IMG/VR virus record: IMGVR_UViG_3300028591_000098
Span: 1-64,000 of that record
Source of the DNA: a virus
Taxonomy: Duplodnaviria > Caudoviricetes
Length of the DNA stretch: 64,000 nt
Direction: 5' to 3' (one strand)
Under the pieces are notes generated by a model. That model was given only the letters and a program-made list of their open reading frames with translations. It was not told the DNA's origin and made no database searches. Below are positions 39,775 through 49,996 of this stretch, in pieces; the first letter of the stretch is position 1; the number at the start of each line of letters is the position of its first letter. A program made the position numbers and the translations under genes.

Positions 39775-40036
39775 TGAAAATTCGCAAGTAAATGAATCAT
39801 TAGTATATGATCAAATAATACAAAAACTTAATGAAGCAAAAGAAGCTGGTACACCTATAGATGAAGGTTTGCTTGGTGCTGTTGGTGGTGCAATTTTGGG
39901 TACTGCATTTGGACCTAAATTAGGAGGAGCAATATGTAAAGCTCTTGGTGTAGATGTTAAGGGTGCATTTGGCTCATTAATAACATCTCGTCTTGTAATG
40001 GGTGCGATAGGTACAACAATGGGATGGAGAATGTAA
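39749..40036 (+). CDS. Tagged glycine-zipper protein
   Basis: MKSIEEIASE...IDE then GLLGAVGGAILGTAFGPKLGGAICKALG. Confidence 0.7.
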   Translation: MKSIEEIASENSQVNESLVYDQIIQKLNEAKEAGTPIDEGLLGAVGGAILGTAFGPKLGGAICKALGVDVKGAFGSLITSRLVMGAIGTTMGWRM

Positions 40037-40040
40037 TAAT

Positions 40041-40718
40041 ATGAAAAACTTACAAGATATAATACAAGAAAAACTTCAAATAGGAAGTAAAACAAAAGTT
40101 AGTTCACATAAATATCAACCAAAAAATAGAGATGAATTAAAAGAATTAGTAGATCATCTTATTGAAGAAAGAGGATTATTTGCTAATTTAAATGACATTG
40201 ATACTTCTAAAATAGATGATATGTCTAAATTATTTTTTGAATCAAACTTTAATGGTGACATATCTAAATGGGATGTAAGTAATGTTGAAAATATGTTTCG
40301 TATTTTTAGCCGTTCTAATTTTAATGGCGATATATCTAATTGGGATGTAAGTAAAGTAGAAAATATGGAATGTATGTTCTCAGCATGTGAATTTAATAAA
40401 GATATATCGAAGTGGAACGTAAGTAATGTCAAAAATATGGGTGGTATGTTTGCTAATGGTTTTTTTGATAAAGATATATCAAAATGGGATGTTAGTAATG
40501 TAACTAATATGGACGAAATGTTTGAAAATTCTGTATTTAAAGGTGATATATCAAAATGGGACGTACGTAATGTTGAAGATATGTATTGTATGTTTTATAA
40601 TTCCAAATTTAATGGTGATATATCTAAATGGAATGTTAAAAAATGTAAAAAAATGAGTTTTATGTTTGATGAATCTCCTTTAAAAAATCATCCACCTAAA
40701 TGGTATAGTGAGAAATAA
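40041..40718 (+). CDS. DUF285/BspA-type repeat protein, paralogue 3
   Basis: MKNLQDIIQEKLQIGSK; FNGDISKWDVSNV repeats. Confidence 0.85.
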   Translation: MKNLQDIIQEKLQIGSKTKVSSHKYQPKNRDELKELVDHLIEERGLFANLNDIDTSKIDDMSKLFFESNFNGDISKWDVSNVENMFRIFSRSNFNGDISNWDVSKVENMECMFSACEFNKDISKWNVSNVKNMGGMFANGFFDKDISKWDVSNVTNMDEMFENSVFKGDISKWDVRNVEDMYCMFYNSKFNGDISKWNVKKCKKMSFMFDESPLKNHPPKWYSEK

Positions 40719-40722
40719 TAAT

Positions 40723-41268
40723 ATGAAAAACTTACAAGACATAATACAGGAGAAACTCCAAATTGGATCTAAATCTAAAATTAGTAGTTATAAGTATCAC
40801 CCAAAAGATAGAGATGAATTGATAAAAATAATCAAAACATTATTAGATGAACGCGGAAAAGATGCAAATTTAAACGATATTGATACATCTAAAATAACTG
40901 ATATGTCTTATTTATTTAAATGGTTTGATCCTCATAATATAGATATATCTAAATGGGATTTATCCAATGTTACTGATATACATGGTATGTTTTCTGGATG
41001 TAATAAATTTAATTGTGATTTGTCTAATTGGAATGTATCTAATGTTAAAAATATGGGTGTTATGTTTAATGGTTGCGAAAAATTTAATTCGGATTTAAGC
41101 GAATGGGACATATCTAATGTTAAAAATATGTATGGTATGTTTTATGATTGTAAAAATTTTAATTCAGATTTAAATAATTGGGATGTATCTAATGTTGAAA
41201 ATACAAGATTTATGTTTATTGGCAGTCCTTTACAAAAAACTCCCCCAAAATGGTATTATAAATCATAA
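40723..41268 (+). CDS. DUF285/BspA-type repeat protein, paralogue 4
   Basis: ATG 40723 gives MKNLQDIIQEKLQIGSK. Confidence 0.85.
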   Translation: MKNLQDIIQEKLQIGSKSKISSYKYHPKDRDELIKIIKTLLDERGKDANLNDIDTSKITDMSYLFKWFDPHNIDISKWDLSNVTDIHGMFSGCNKFNCDLSNWNVSNVKNMGVMFNGCEKFNSDLSEWDISNVKNMYGMFYDCKNFNSDLNNWDVSNVENTRFMFIGSPLQKTPPKWYYKS

Positions 41269-41294
41269 ATGATTAAAATTAATATAAAAATAAG

Positions 41295-41759
41295 ATGAAA
41301 AACTTACAAGACATAATACAAGAGAAACTTCAGATTGGATCTAAATCTAAAATTAGTCAATATAAATATCATCCTAAAAATTGGAATGAATTAAAAGTAT
41401 TATTAAAACGATTATTAAGTGAACGTGGTAAAGATGCTGATTTAAATGATATTGATATATCTAAAATAACTAATATGGCAAGGTTATTTATTGGTTTAGA
41501 TCCTCATAATATAGATATATCTAAATGGAACGTATCTAATGTAACAAATATGGGGGACATGTTTGATGGATGTAAAAACTTTGATTCAGACTTAAGTGAA
41601 TGGGATGTATCTAATGTTAAAGATATGGATGGTATGTTTTATTTATGTAAAAATTTTAATTCAGATTTAAGTGAATGGGATGTATCTAAAGTAAAAAATA
41701 TGAGATTCATGTTTAATGGTAGTCGACTAGAAAAAAATCCACCGAAATGGTATAAATAA
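41295..41759 (+). CDS. DUF285/BspA-type repeat protein, paralogue 5
   Basis: MKNLQDIIQEKLQIGSK; ends LEKNPPKWYK. Confidence 0.85.
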   Translation: MKNLQDIIQEKLQIGSKSKISQYKYHPKNWNELKVLLKRLLSERGKDADLNDIDISKITNMARLFIGLDPHNIDISKWNVSNVTNMGDMFDGCKNFDSDLSEWDVSNVKDMDGMFYLCKNFNSDLSEWDVSKVKNMRFMFNGSRLEKNPPKWYK

Positions 41760-41848
41760 AAAATAACAAATTTTATTATTATTATATAAATAACAATATT
41801 ATTAAATATTGTTTATAACATTATAAAAATATAACAAATATATAAGTT

Positions 41849-43150
41849 ATGAGCGTAAAATTACTTAAAGACCTGAACTTTGCTGAAAAGATCAATTCAA
41901 CAGAAGCTATCACAGAGGCAGGTAAAGAAATCTTGAATAACTACCGTGCTTATGTTTATACAAATCCAGCAACATGCGGTATTGTTAATGGCTTCGTTAT
42001 GGAAGCGTCTAAATTTGGCTTTGATACAGGTTTGAAGAGTATATTGGAATCTGTAAATAAGTTTATTAGTGAAAATAATATTTCTTGGAAACTTGCATCA
42101 GCATGCGAAAGTATTTCAAACAACAATTCAACTTATAATTACATCAATAAGCTTGGTGTACAACAAGTTGAAAAAATTTTGGAAATGGATGAATCTAATG
42201 TAGTATCTTACATCAAAGCTGGAGCATTAAAGAATATCCAATATATTCCAGAATTTAGACAAGTTTGCAAAGAAGTATATAAGACTAATATTACAGAAGC
42301 TTATAATACAACTTATAGTGTAACAAATCCTATTTCTTACATTTTAACTGAAGGTGAAAACATAACATTCCAAGTTAATGGAACTGCTTATAAGATTACT
42401 GAAGGTAAAGTAGAACAAGTTAACTGTGATAATGCAGTATTTGCAAGAATGAACAAACTTCTTGAATCATTCAAGAGAGATTCAGACAATAATTTGATTT
42501 ATGAATTTAGAGATAATCAAAATAATATCACTAAAATTACTCTTATAGATAAAGAAGTTAATGAAAACGAATTTGAAAAGAAAATCAAATTTGAAAAAGG
42601 TAAGATTAATGAAGAATTTACTGAAAGTGTTAAATTCCGTGAATTTGCAAATATGCTTTCAAAGGCAATGCCAATGAATGAAAAACTTTCGTTCATGAAT
42701 ATTACTTCTACAATAGCTGATGTATTTGAAAATATGGAAAACATTGGTGTACTTAATAATGTTAAAGTTCTTACATGTGCAAATGGTACAACATGTGCTA
42801 TTATCGAGGCAAAAGATAATGTTAACTTAACAGTATTCCATTCAATTAATGCAGGTTCATCTTGTAACAACTATGAGTTTATGGCAGAAGCTCTTAATAA
42901 CGTAATTAAAGTTTCAGGTATAGATCTTAGAAGTATGTATGAAGAACGTATTAATGAAGATTGTAAGAAGATGGAAACACCTGAAGCAAAAGAAATACGT
43001 GAACAATTAGAAGCTAATAAAGAAGCACAATATGATATTCGTAAGAAGAAGATTGCAATGTTAGCAGAACAATATAGAAATGATCCTGTAAAACTTGCTT
43101 TACTTAATAAAGTTGCGAAAGATTTAGCTATTTTAGAAAAACAACAATAA
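41849..43150 (+). CDS. Hypothetical protein, possibly head-associated
   Basis: 433 aa; many [IL]-x-E sites (ITE, INE, LTE); followed by strong terminator. Confidence 0.6.
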   Translation: MSVKLLKDLNFAEKINSTEAITEAGKEILNNYRAYVYTNPATCGIVNGFVMEASKFGFDTGLKSILESVNKFISENNISWKLASACESISNNNSTYNYINKLGVQQVEKILEMDESNVVSYIKAGALKNIQYIPEFRQVCKEVYKTNITEAYNTTYSVTNPISYILTEGENITFQVNGTAYKITEGKVEQVNCDNAVFARMNKLLESFKRDSDNNLIYEFRDNQNNITKITLIDKEVNENEFEKKIKFEKGKINEEFTESVKFREFANMLSKAMPMNEKLSFMNITSTIADVFENMENIGVLNNVKVLTCANGTTCAIIEAKDNVNLTVFHSINAGSSCNNYEFMAEALNNVIKVSGIDLRSMYEERINEDCKKMETPEAKEIREQLEANKEAQYDIRKKKIAMLAEQYRNDPVKLALLNKVAKDLAILEKQQ

Positions 43151-43169
43151 ACTTAAATATTTTAAAGTT

Positions 43170-43197
43170 AAAAAGAGACACCCGAGTGTCTCTTTTT
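43170..43197. terminator. Bidirectional terminator
   Basis: aaaaagagacac-ccga-gtgtctcttttt. Confidence 0.8.
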
Positions 43198-43260
43198 TGT
43201 TTGTATATATAGTTTATTAGATTTACTATTATATGTTATCTCGATGCATCGAGTGAACAT

Positions 43261-43881
43261 CTATGACCATTTTTTATATAGTTCCATAGAATAACAACTC
43301 ATAAAATATGCATCTGCAATATCATCAATTTTTGGTATACTAATTAAATGTGAATGTGAAGCTTCAAATAAATGTATCATAGAATCTTTATTTGCTGCAC
43401 CATTACCAGTTGTAAATTTCTTTATTTCAGATGGAGGTACAATCCAAAATGTTATACCTTCTTTTTCAACAAAATAACTACGAATCATATAGTTTAGACC
43501 AGCTAAATCAAAAATAGATTTTGTCCTACTCATAGATCCATAACTTATACCTTCTATAACTATATGTATTTGTTTATTTCTACCTTTAGTATATTCTAAA
43601 ATAATTTCTTTTATTTTATCAACTAATTTTATCATGTTATACGATTTCCAATATTCATGAAATAAATTATTATCATTATATAATTTTAAATCATCTGCAT
43701 CATAAAAAACATATTGAAAATCTTTACATTGTTCTTCTGCTAATTTTTCTTTTTTCTTTAATTCATTAGTTGATGGTCTTATTATAAAAAAATCTTCTCT
43801 AATTTTCTTTTCTCCTTCATACTTTTGAATACATAATCCTGTACTATTCATAGAAGGATCAATTCCTATAAAATATTCCAC
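43261..43881 (-). CDS. RuvC-like Holliday junction resolvase
   Basis: FIGIDPSMNSTG, VIEGISYGS, PSEIKKFTTGNGAANK, DDIADAY. Confidence 0.85.
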   Translation of the reverse strand: MEYFIGIDPSMNSTGLCIQKYEGEKKIREDFFIIRPSTNELKKKEKLAEEQCKDFQYVFYDADDLKLYNDNNLFHEYWKSYNMIKLVDKIKEIILEYTKGRNKQIHIVIEGISYGSMSRTKSIFDLAGLNYMIRSYFVEKEGITFWIVPPSEIKKFTTGNGAANKDSMIHLFEASHSHLISIPKIDDIADAYFMSCYSMELYKKWS

Positions 43882-43927
43882 GTTTTATCATTATATATTT
43901 GTGGATTAATAATAATATAGAAATTTT

Positions 43928-44293
43928 TTAACAAACATTTAAACTATATTTAATCATTATATTCTGGGCTACAATTTTTGATTCTTCTGCCGTATATTGA
44001 TAAAGATTTCTAATTACTTTTGACAAGTCATTTTCAAACTCTTCAAATTGTTCCTTGGACCATTTATAATTTTCTGTCCATTTATTATCCTTTGTTATAA
44101 GTTTAACAATTTGATAGTTTCGTTTATTACTACCTATTTTTCTAAACATTCCAATAATAATAGAATACAATAAACTTTTTGAATTTTTATTGAATAACCA
44201 ATTCAAATCTGATTCTGTCAATTCTTCATTCATAAGATATTCAATCGGAAAAATACGAATACCATAAACAGTTTGAAATTTTGATTTACCCAT
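43928..44293 (-). CDS. Hypothetical protein
   Basis: 121-aa ORF in co-oriented run. Confidence 0.55.
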   Translation of the reverse strand: MGKSKFQTVYGIRIFPIEYLMNEELTESDLNWLFNKNSKSLLYSIIIGMFRKIGSNKRNYQIVKLITKDNKWTENYKWSKEQFEEFENDLSKVIRNLYQYTAEESKIVAQNIMIKYSLNVC

Positions 44294-44534
44294 TTTGATG
44301 TTTTTAATTATTTATCTTTGCTTAATCTGTTTAATACTTTTAATAAATCTAATCGTATATCTTCTGGTACATCTAAATTACCACCAGCACCAGGACCACA
44401 AATTTTAACTACTGGACCAAATGCATTATACCCATCTTTCTCCCAATAAGTACTAATAAAATAATCATCACCTGTTGGATTAGTGAATATTTTAAGACAA
44501 GCACCATCTACATTATCACTTCGTATTATCATAA

Positions 44535-45017
44535 TTAATATTTATAATGCCAACGCACATGAAATTGATAATTATTTAATTCTTTATTAATTTCTTTTTG
44601 ATTATATAATTTTATCTCAACTTTCAATCCGTTATTAGTTAACCATTTTTCATAATAATTTCTATCATTATTTTTTTCTTCACATGTTAATATGAAATCT
44701 GCCCAACATTGTCCATCATAAGAATTATCTCTCATGGTTTTTTGCATCATATTCAAGGTTTCACTTCGTAACAATTGCCAATCTTTATATCTTTTATCAT
44801 AACAATCTTCATAAAGTTTATCCAATTCATCACATAATTTATATGTTCGAGGTTTATCATTATATAATTTATCCATATATTTTATGTCTCCACATTTTTT
44901 ACATTTCCAAATAGAACGTTTACCACCATAATAATTTATTTGATCGCCATATATGTTGCGAACAAATTCATATTCATGCTCACAAAATAAACTTTTAAAC
45001 CAATTCATAATTATCAT
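44535..45017 (-). CDS. Hypothetical protein with N-terminal Cys/His (Zn-binding-like) motif
   Basis: LFCEHEY ... CKKCG. Confidence 0.55.
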   Translation of the reverse strand: MIIMNWFKSLFCEHEYEFVRNIYGDQINYYGGKRSIWKCKKCGDIKYMDKLYNDKPRTYKLCDELDKLYEDCYDKRYKDWQLLRSETLNMMQKTMRDNSYDGQCWADFILTCEEKNNDRNYYEKWLTNNGLKVEIKLYNQKEINKELNNYQFHVRWHYKY

Positions 45018-45181
45018 ATTTAAATGTTAAATTACAATCACTTGTGTTATAATCTTTATCACCATAAAATTCACAATTTAAAAATCGATATTCCTTACCA
45101 TTATCACATTTAAGAGATATGTCAATTTTTCCATTTTCTTTGATACCAGATGAGTGAAATTCTTTAATTTTCATAATTCTA

Positions 45182-45781
45182 TTATTGTTTTGAATATTGA
45201 TTTTCAAATGTACCATCACCTATTTCATCATTACTTATTATCATGTTTCCTGTCTTTGGATCGATTTTTGAATGTTTCTTATGCCATTCATATGATTCTT
45301 CTGGAGACATTGCTTTAATACCATTTCCAAATTCAAACCCAAGAGTTTTTGAAACTGTATTTAAAGTAAAATTAAATAATGATTTTTGGAAATTTTCTTC
45401 TTGTTTACAAAGATCTGACGTAGATATACTTTTATCATAATAGAATTTATTTCTATCAATTTTCAAATCATTATCTAATGCACCACCAATTAAAAGACGT
45501 TGTAAGTTATGTATTTTACGAAGTTCTTTACCATTAGCTGTTGCCATACCAACTTTAAACTGCTTAGAACCCCCATTATATCCAATAAAAATTTCATAGC
45601 CTAAATCTTCAAGATCAAACGATAAATGTCCAATATCATAAGTAACAATATGTTGCATATTATATTTAATGGCTTCTTCAGTATCAAAATATGAATAACA
45701 TAATGTTCTTTTTGGAAATGAAATAAATAATGATGGATATAACTCAAATGAGTCAAGTATAAAAAATATTGTTTTATTCAT
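45182..45781 (-). CDS. Hypothetical protein
   Basis: 199-aa ORF in co-oriented run. Confidence 0.6.
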   Translation of the reverse strand: MNKTIFFILDSFELYPSLFISFPKRTLCYSYFDTEEAIKYNMQHIVTYDIGHLSFDLEDLGYEIFIGYNGGSKQFKVGMATANGKELRKIHNLQRLLIGGALDNDLKIDRNKFYYDKSISTSDLCKQEENFQKSLFNFTLNTVSKTLGFEFGNGIKAMSPEESYEWHKKHSKIDPKTGNMIISNDEIGDGTFENQYSKQ

Positions 45782-46046
45782 AATTTATCTTCCTATATAA
45801 TTAATTGTAACATTTCCAGAATATGCAGCAATTAATAGTGTAATTAATATGTATAACCATATACAATTAATAAAAAAATTACACATATGTTCACAACTAA
45901 CATATTCATCGACATCTTTTAATATAGTTTCAATAGTAAACTTTCTAACTTTATCATTGAATACTACTAACAAATTTTTACAAATTAAGTAAACTATTCT
46001 AATAAGTAATAGTATGATAATAATTTTAAATATAAGTAATTCCATA

Positions 46047-47951
46047 TTATTTTATTGTTTTTATTCTGTTTTGTAATTCGACAGGATATTGATTTTTTGT
46101 ACTATAATATAAATATTGAAAGCATGCATCCAATATATATGTGACACACCAATCTCCATTATAACGTACTCCTCTACCTATACCTTGTATTATTTCATTA
46201 GATGTATGTGAATTATACCACAAAGGATATAACTTATTTCTTTCATTAACTAATTTATCTGCTAAAGATGGATATGGTACTTTTAGTATTATAATAAATC
46301 TACAATTATCACCAGGCAAATCCACTCCAGTATTTAATGTTGGACCTAATAAAATAGTATCTTGTGACATTTGATGAATTTTTGTCATCATTACCTTTTC
46401 TCTAGATCCATTATATGTCAATAATCTTTGTCTAATATCTAATGGTGCCTCATCATAAAGACGTTTCATAAATTCATATGAACCAGTTTGAATCATTCCT
46501 TTTTGTCCTTTAAATTTAGTTGAACAAATAGAATATATTGCATTCTTTAAATGATTAAATGATACTTCACGTTCTTTATATGACATCCTAAACTTATTTA
46601 AGAAATATATAGGAGATTGTGAAAAATCAAATGTTGAAGGAATAATTTCTAAATATGATTCATTAACAATTGCATTATCATGATCCCACATATTTTTTTG
46701 TTCATAAGAAAATCCCATTCTTTCATCGTATGCTTCTTTCGAACCTATTGTTGCAGATACCATAACTTTATGTTGAGCACGTTGTAAAAAGAAAAACCAT
46801 GTTATATAATCTTCTTTAGTACATTTAAATGCAACTGATATATGTTTATCACTATTAGAAATTGTGATATCTTTTAATAAGTATTCTTTACCGGTTTTAT
46901 TAATAGCCTCACAATAATCATGCCAATGACACATATAATTTTCATGCCAAGAACACAATTTAAACATTGCAATATCATCTTTTGATAAAGGTTGTTTCAA
47001 TTGTTTCTTAAGACATATAGCAGATTTTAAGTTACATACAATTGGTGCAAATAATTCCAATACTTTAAGATATTTATTAGATGCTTCAACATCTTCATCT
47101 TTACGTGACTCAGGACATGTCCATATTTTCCAAAATTTATATAAATCTGTTTCTAATTCACTAAATGTTTTATATTTATCATAAATAGAATCTTTAATTT
47201 CACTTTTATTAAATTCTTCAAATAATGAACGTTGAGGATCTATTGTTTGATTATAAAGGTTTTCTAATTTTGTAAAATCTTCTTCTACTATTGTAGGTGA
47301 ATATTGTAACTGAACTATTTCTGGAATATTATGACACTCATCACAAAATAATACATCATGAACACTAAATATAGGTAAACCATGAGTATCAGTATTGAAT
47401 TCCTTATTATTCATAATAAATAAGAACAATTGATATGTCATGACACAAACTTTAGCTTTAATTGCTTTACGACGAGCTCTAACATATTCACAAGTTAATG
47501 CACAATTAAAACCATTATCAATACATGTTTGTTTATTAAATAAAGAGGCCCATGAAATACCCGCCATTCTACAATCGGCATTTTTCATATCTTCTCCATT
47601 AATCTTACAAGTATAGTTTCCAGTTTGTCCTTTTAATGATGCAATACCTGTATTTTTATGTTCCTTTAAAAAGTTTTCATATTGTTCCCATAAAAACAAA
47701 TCTGAACATAAAATATAAGATGTCATATCATAATATTCTGCCAATACACCTGCTGATATTATATTAATTAAAGACTTACCAGATCCTGTTGGTGCTTCTA
47801 CTATATAATTTTGATAATTATGATCTAATATATTTTTTATTATTCTTACAATACATTCAAATTGATGTTCTCTAAACTTAAAATCTGTACCAATTTTATT
47901 GTTAACCCAATTTTTTATATTTTGTTCTATTGTTTCTTGACTAATCTCCAT
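46047..47951 (-). CDS. DinG/Rad3-like SF2 helicase
   Basis: Q motif FREHQ, EAPTGSGKS, DECHN, VSAT, GVDLPG, KVPYP, QGIGRGVR. Confidence 0.9.
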   Translation of the reverse strand: MEISQETIEQNIKNWVNNKIGTDFKFREHQFECIVRIIKNILDHNYQNYIVEAPTGSGKSLINIISAGVLAEYYDMTSYILCSDLFLWEQYENFLKEHKNTGIASLKGQTGNYTCKINGEDMKNADCRMAGISWASLFNKQTCIDNGFNCALTCEYVRARRKAIKAKVCVMTYQLFLFIMNNKEFNTDTHGLPIFSVHDVLFCDECHNIPEIVQLQYSPTIVEEDFTKLENLYNQTIDPQRSLFEEFNKSEIKDSIYDKYKTFSELETDLYKFWKIWTCPESRKDEDVEASNKYLKVLELFAPIVCNLKSAICLKKQLKQPLSKDDIAMFKLCSWHENYMCHWHDYCEAINKTGKEYLLKDITISNSDKHISVAFKCTKEDYITWFFFLQRAQHKVMVSATIGSKEAYDERMGFSYEQKNMWDHDNAIVNESYLEIIPSTFDFSQSPIYFLNKFRMSYKEREVSFNHLKNAIYSICSTKFKGQKGMIQTGSYEFMKRLYDEAPLDIRQRLLTYNGSREKVMMTKIHQMSQDTILLGPTLNTGVDLPGDNCRFIIILKVPYPSLADKLVNERNKLYPLWYNSHTSNEIIQGIGRGVRYNGDWCVTYILDACFQYLYYSTKNQYPVELQNRIKTIK

Positions 47952-48024
47952 AAAAATAATTATTCGAATAATTAATTTTAAAATAGAAAAATACTAACTA
48001 AAATTCATATATTAATTGAAAAAA

Positions 48025-48049
48025 AGAAGACTATATATTATAGTCTTCT
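48025..48049 (-). terminator. Hairpin terminator
   Basis: agaagactata-tat-tatagtcttct followed on minus strand by T run. Confidence 0.6.
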
Positions 48050-48753
48050 AAATTAACTCCTTGATATTTATAACGATCATATGTATTATCTTTACCATGA
48101 ACCTTTATTCTAAAATTGTTATCAAATAATTTTTGTACTGCAATATTTTTTATTGGAACATATCTGTTTAATGTTTGATCAATTTCTTTATCAACACTAA
48201 ATATACTAAAACATGTAAAATAATCAGGAGTCGGTTGCCAAAAATTATAATTATCAATTAAGTGTTTTTGCATTTTTCTTGAACACATATAACAAGCTGC
48301 CGAAAATATTCTTTTTATTGTGTTAAAATTGATAAAACCATATTCATCAATGGTATCTATTTTCTTCTTAAATTCTAATAGCCTATCAATTTCCTTTTCT
48401 TCATATCCAAAAATATAATCAAATAAAATTAAATCTGCTATATTTGGTTTTTGTTCTAAAACTTTTTCTATTTCATTAATATCTTTCAAAAACCTTATAT
48501 CATTTTCTAAAATAAGAACATTATCATAACATTTATTATATGCATCTTCTAAACATTTTTTATGATTTAATGTTATTTTATATGCAGGATTTTTATATTC
48601 ATTTTTATCTTCATCTGTATAAATATATTCAAAGATATCGGAATCTAATATACCAACACGTTTTAATTCATTATTTAACTCTTCAAATCTTTCAACATGT
48701 GGTTTATAATGAATACAATATATATGATCAAAATATTTTTTCCAATCTATCAT
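48031..48753 (-). CDS. Glycosyltransferase family 25-like
   Basis: FDHIYCIH...ERFE, LNHKKCL, VLILENDI, SAACYMCS, PD. Confidence 0.75.
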   Translation of the reverse strand: MIDWKKYFDHIYCIHYKPHVERFEELNNELKRVGILDSDIFEYIYTDEDKNEYKNPAYKITLNHKKCLEDAYNKCYDNVLILENDIRFLKDINEIEKVLEQKPNIADLILFDYIFGYEEKEIDRLLEFKKKIDTIDEYGFINFNTIKRIFSAACYMCSRKMQKHLIDNYNFWQPTPDYFTCFSIFSVDKEIDQTLNRYVPIKNIAVQKLFDNNFRIKVHGKDNTYDRYKYQGVNLEDYNI

Positions 48754-48960
48754 TTATCAAATTTAATATAGGATTAATATCTTTATTTTTTAAATATCTT
48801 CAATAATGGACAATTCCAACAATAATTTCCTTCACTTGCACCACACCAACTACTAGATAGTTTTTCATCACATATTATTGATCCATCACTATTTATATGT
48901 ATCATGTTATTTTAATTATTCTTCTTTAATGTTTCAAATAACAAATTTACACATAATATA

Positions 48961-49266
48961 TTATTTTTTAAAAGTTTTCTTATCTCGTTTTGCTATCTTT
49001 ATTGCCGATTTCATTTTAGATATTATATTATTCTTTATATCATCTTCAAGAATAAACAAATCTATATTACTCAAAATAAAATTTGCAATTTCAATTGTTT
49101 CATCACATGATTGTTCATCTATTAAATTATCTGCACTTATTAAAGAAACAATAAACATAGAACGAGTTGTTTCATTTTCAAATATTGAATTATAATTTAA
49201 TATACGATTACAAAATGATATAAGATTAGGATTCTGCGATATCTTTTTCAATATTGTCTTTTCCAT
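48961..49266 (-). CDS. Hypothetical protein
   Basis: ORF in overlapping run. Confidence 0.5.
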   Translation of the reverse strand: MEKTILKKISQNPNLISFCNRILNYNSIFENETTRSMFIVSLISADNLIDEQSCDETIEIANFILSNIDLFILEDDIKNNIISKMKSAIKIAKRDKKTFKK

Positions 49267-49627
49267 AATATTCTATAATTTTTTTAAAACATTCTTCTTC
49301 TTTTTCTAATCTGTTTATTTTATCTGTGCATCTAATTTTTTCAATTTGAATATTATCTATCTTTTCAGATAATAATTTTATTAACTCTTCTCTAGCTTCA
49401 TCAAAATTATCATATACATATTGATTTACAAATGCTTCTCTTTCTTCACCAAATGCCTTATTTAATATTTTCACTAAATCATTATTATCAAGAATTTTAA
49501 ATTTAATTCTTGGCATTTTAAAATTTATATTATGTGCATCGCCTAAATGCTTACACTTACAAACTTTATTGAACATTATATGATAAAATATATCTCCTTC
49601 TTTTAAGTCATTTAACCAAATCTTCAT
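49226..49627 (-). CDS. Hypothetical protein
   Basis: ORF in overlapping run. Confidence 0.55.
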   Translation of the reverse strand: MKIWLNDLKEGDIFYHIMFNKVCKCKHLGDAHNINFKMPRIKFKILDNNDLVKILNKAFGEEREAFVNQYVYDNFDEAREELIKLLSEKIDNIQIEKIRCTDKINRLEKEEECFKKIIEYYGKDNIEKDIAES

Positions 49628-49994
49628 AATGAAATTCTTTATTAAATCTTTCTATTTCTTTTTTTCTACAATCCTCACATAGAGTCATAACCCAACCATG
49701 AGTCCATTCCGTACTAACATTTTTATTAGTTCCACAATGTTCACAAATCTCTAATGATTTATTTTCTAATGTATGTATTTGATCAGCAATTTCTGGAACA
49801 TAATAATTTAAATATAAGCATAATTCACCCCATTTTTCTTTTATTTGAGTAAATTCAACAGGTATAAAATCTTCATCTAGTTTATGTTCATCATTATATT
49901 TTTTAATTATATCTATAGCTTTATTAACTAATGGACGCCAACCTTCATCACATTCTATACCAAATAATTCAAATGGTGTATTATTTGCTTCCAT
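49608..49994 (-). CDS. Phage hypothetical protein with Zn finger
   Basis: GWRPLV, QIKEKWGEL, ICEHCG, TLCEDC. Confidence 0.65.
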   Translation of the reverse strand: MEANNTPFELFGIECDEGWRPLVNKAIDIIKKYNDEHKLDEDFIPVEFTQIKEKWGELCLYLNYYVPEIADQIHTLENKSLEICEHCGTNKNVSTEWTHGWVMTLCEDCRKKEIERFNKEFHYEDLVK

Positions 49995-49996
49995 AT

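Noticed and set aside
10621-41759. Diversity-generating retroelement acting on DUF285/LRR repeats
   Set aside because: No reverse transcriptase and no TR/VR pair with adenine-specific differences in the window
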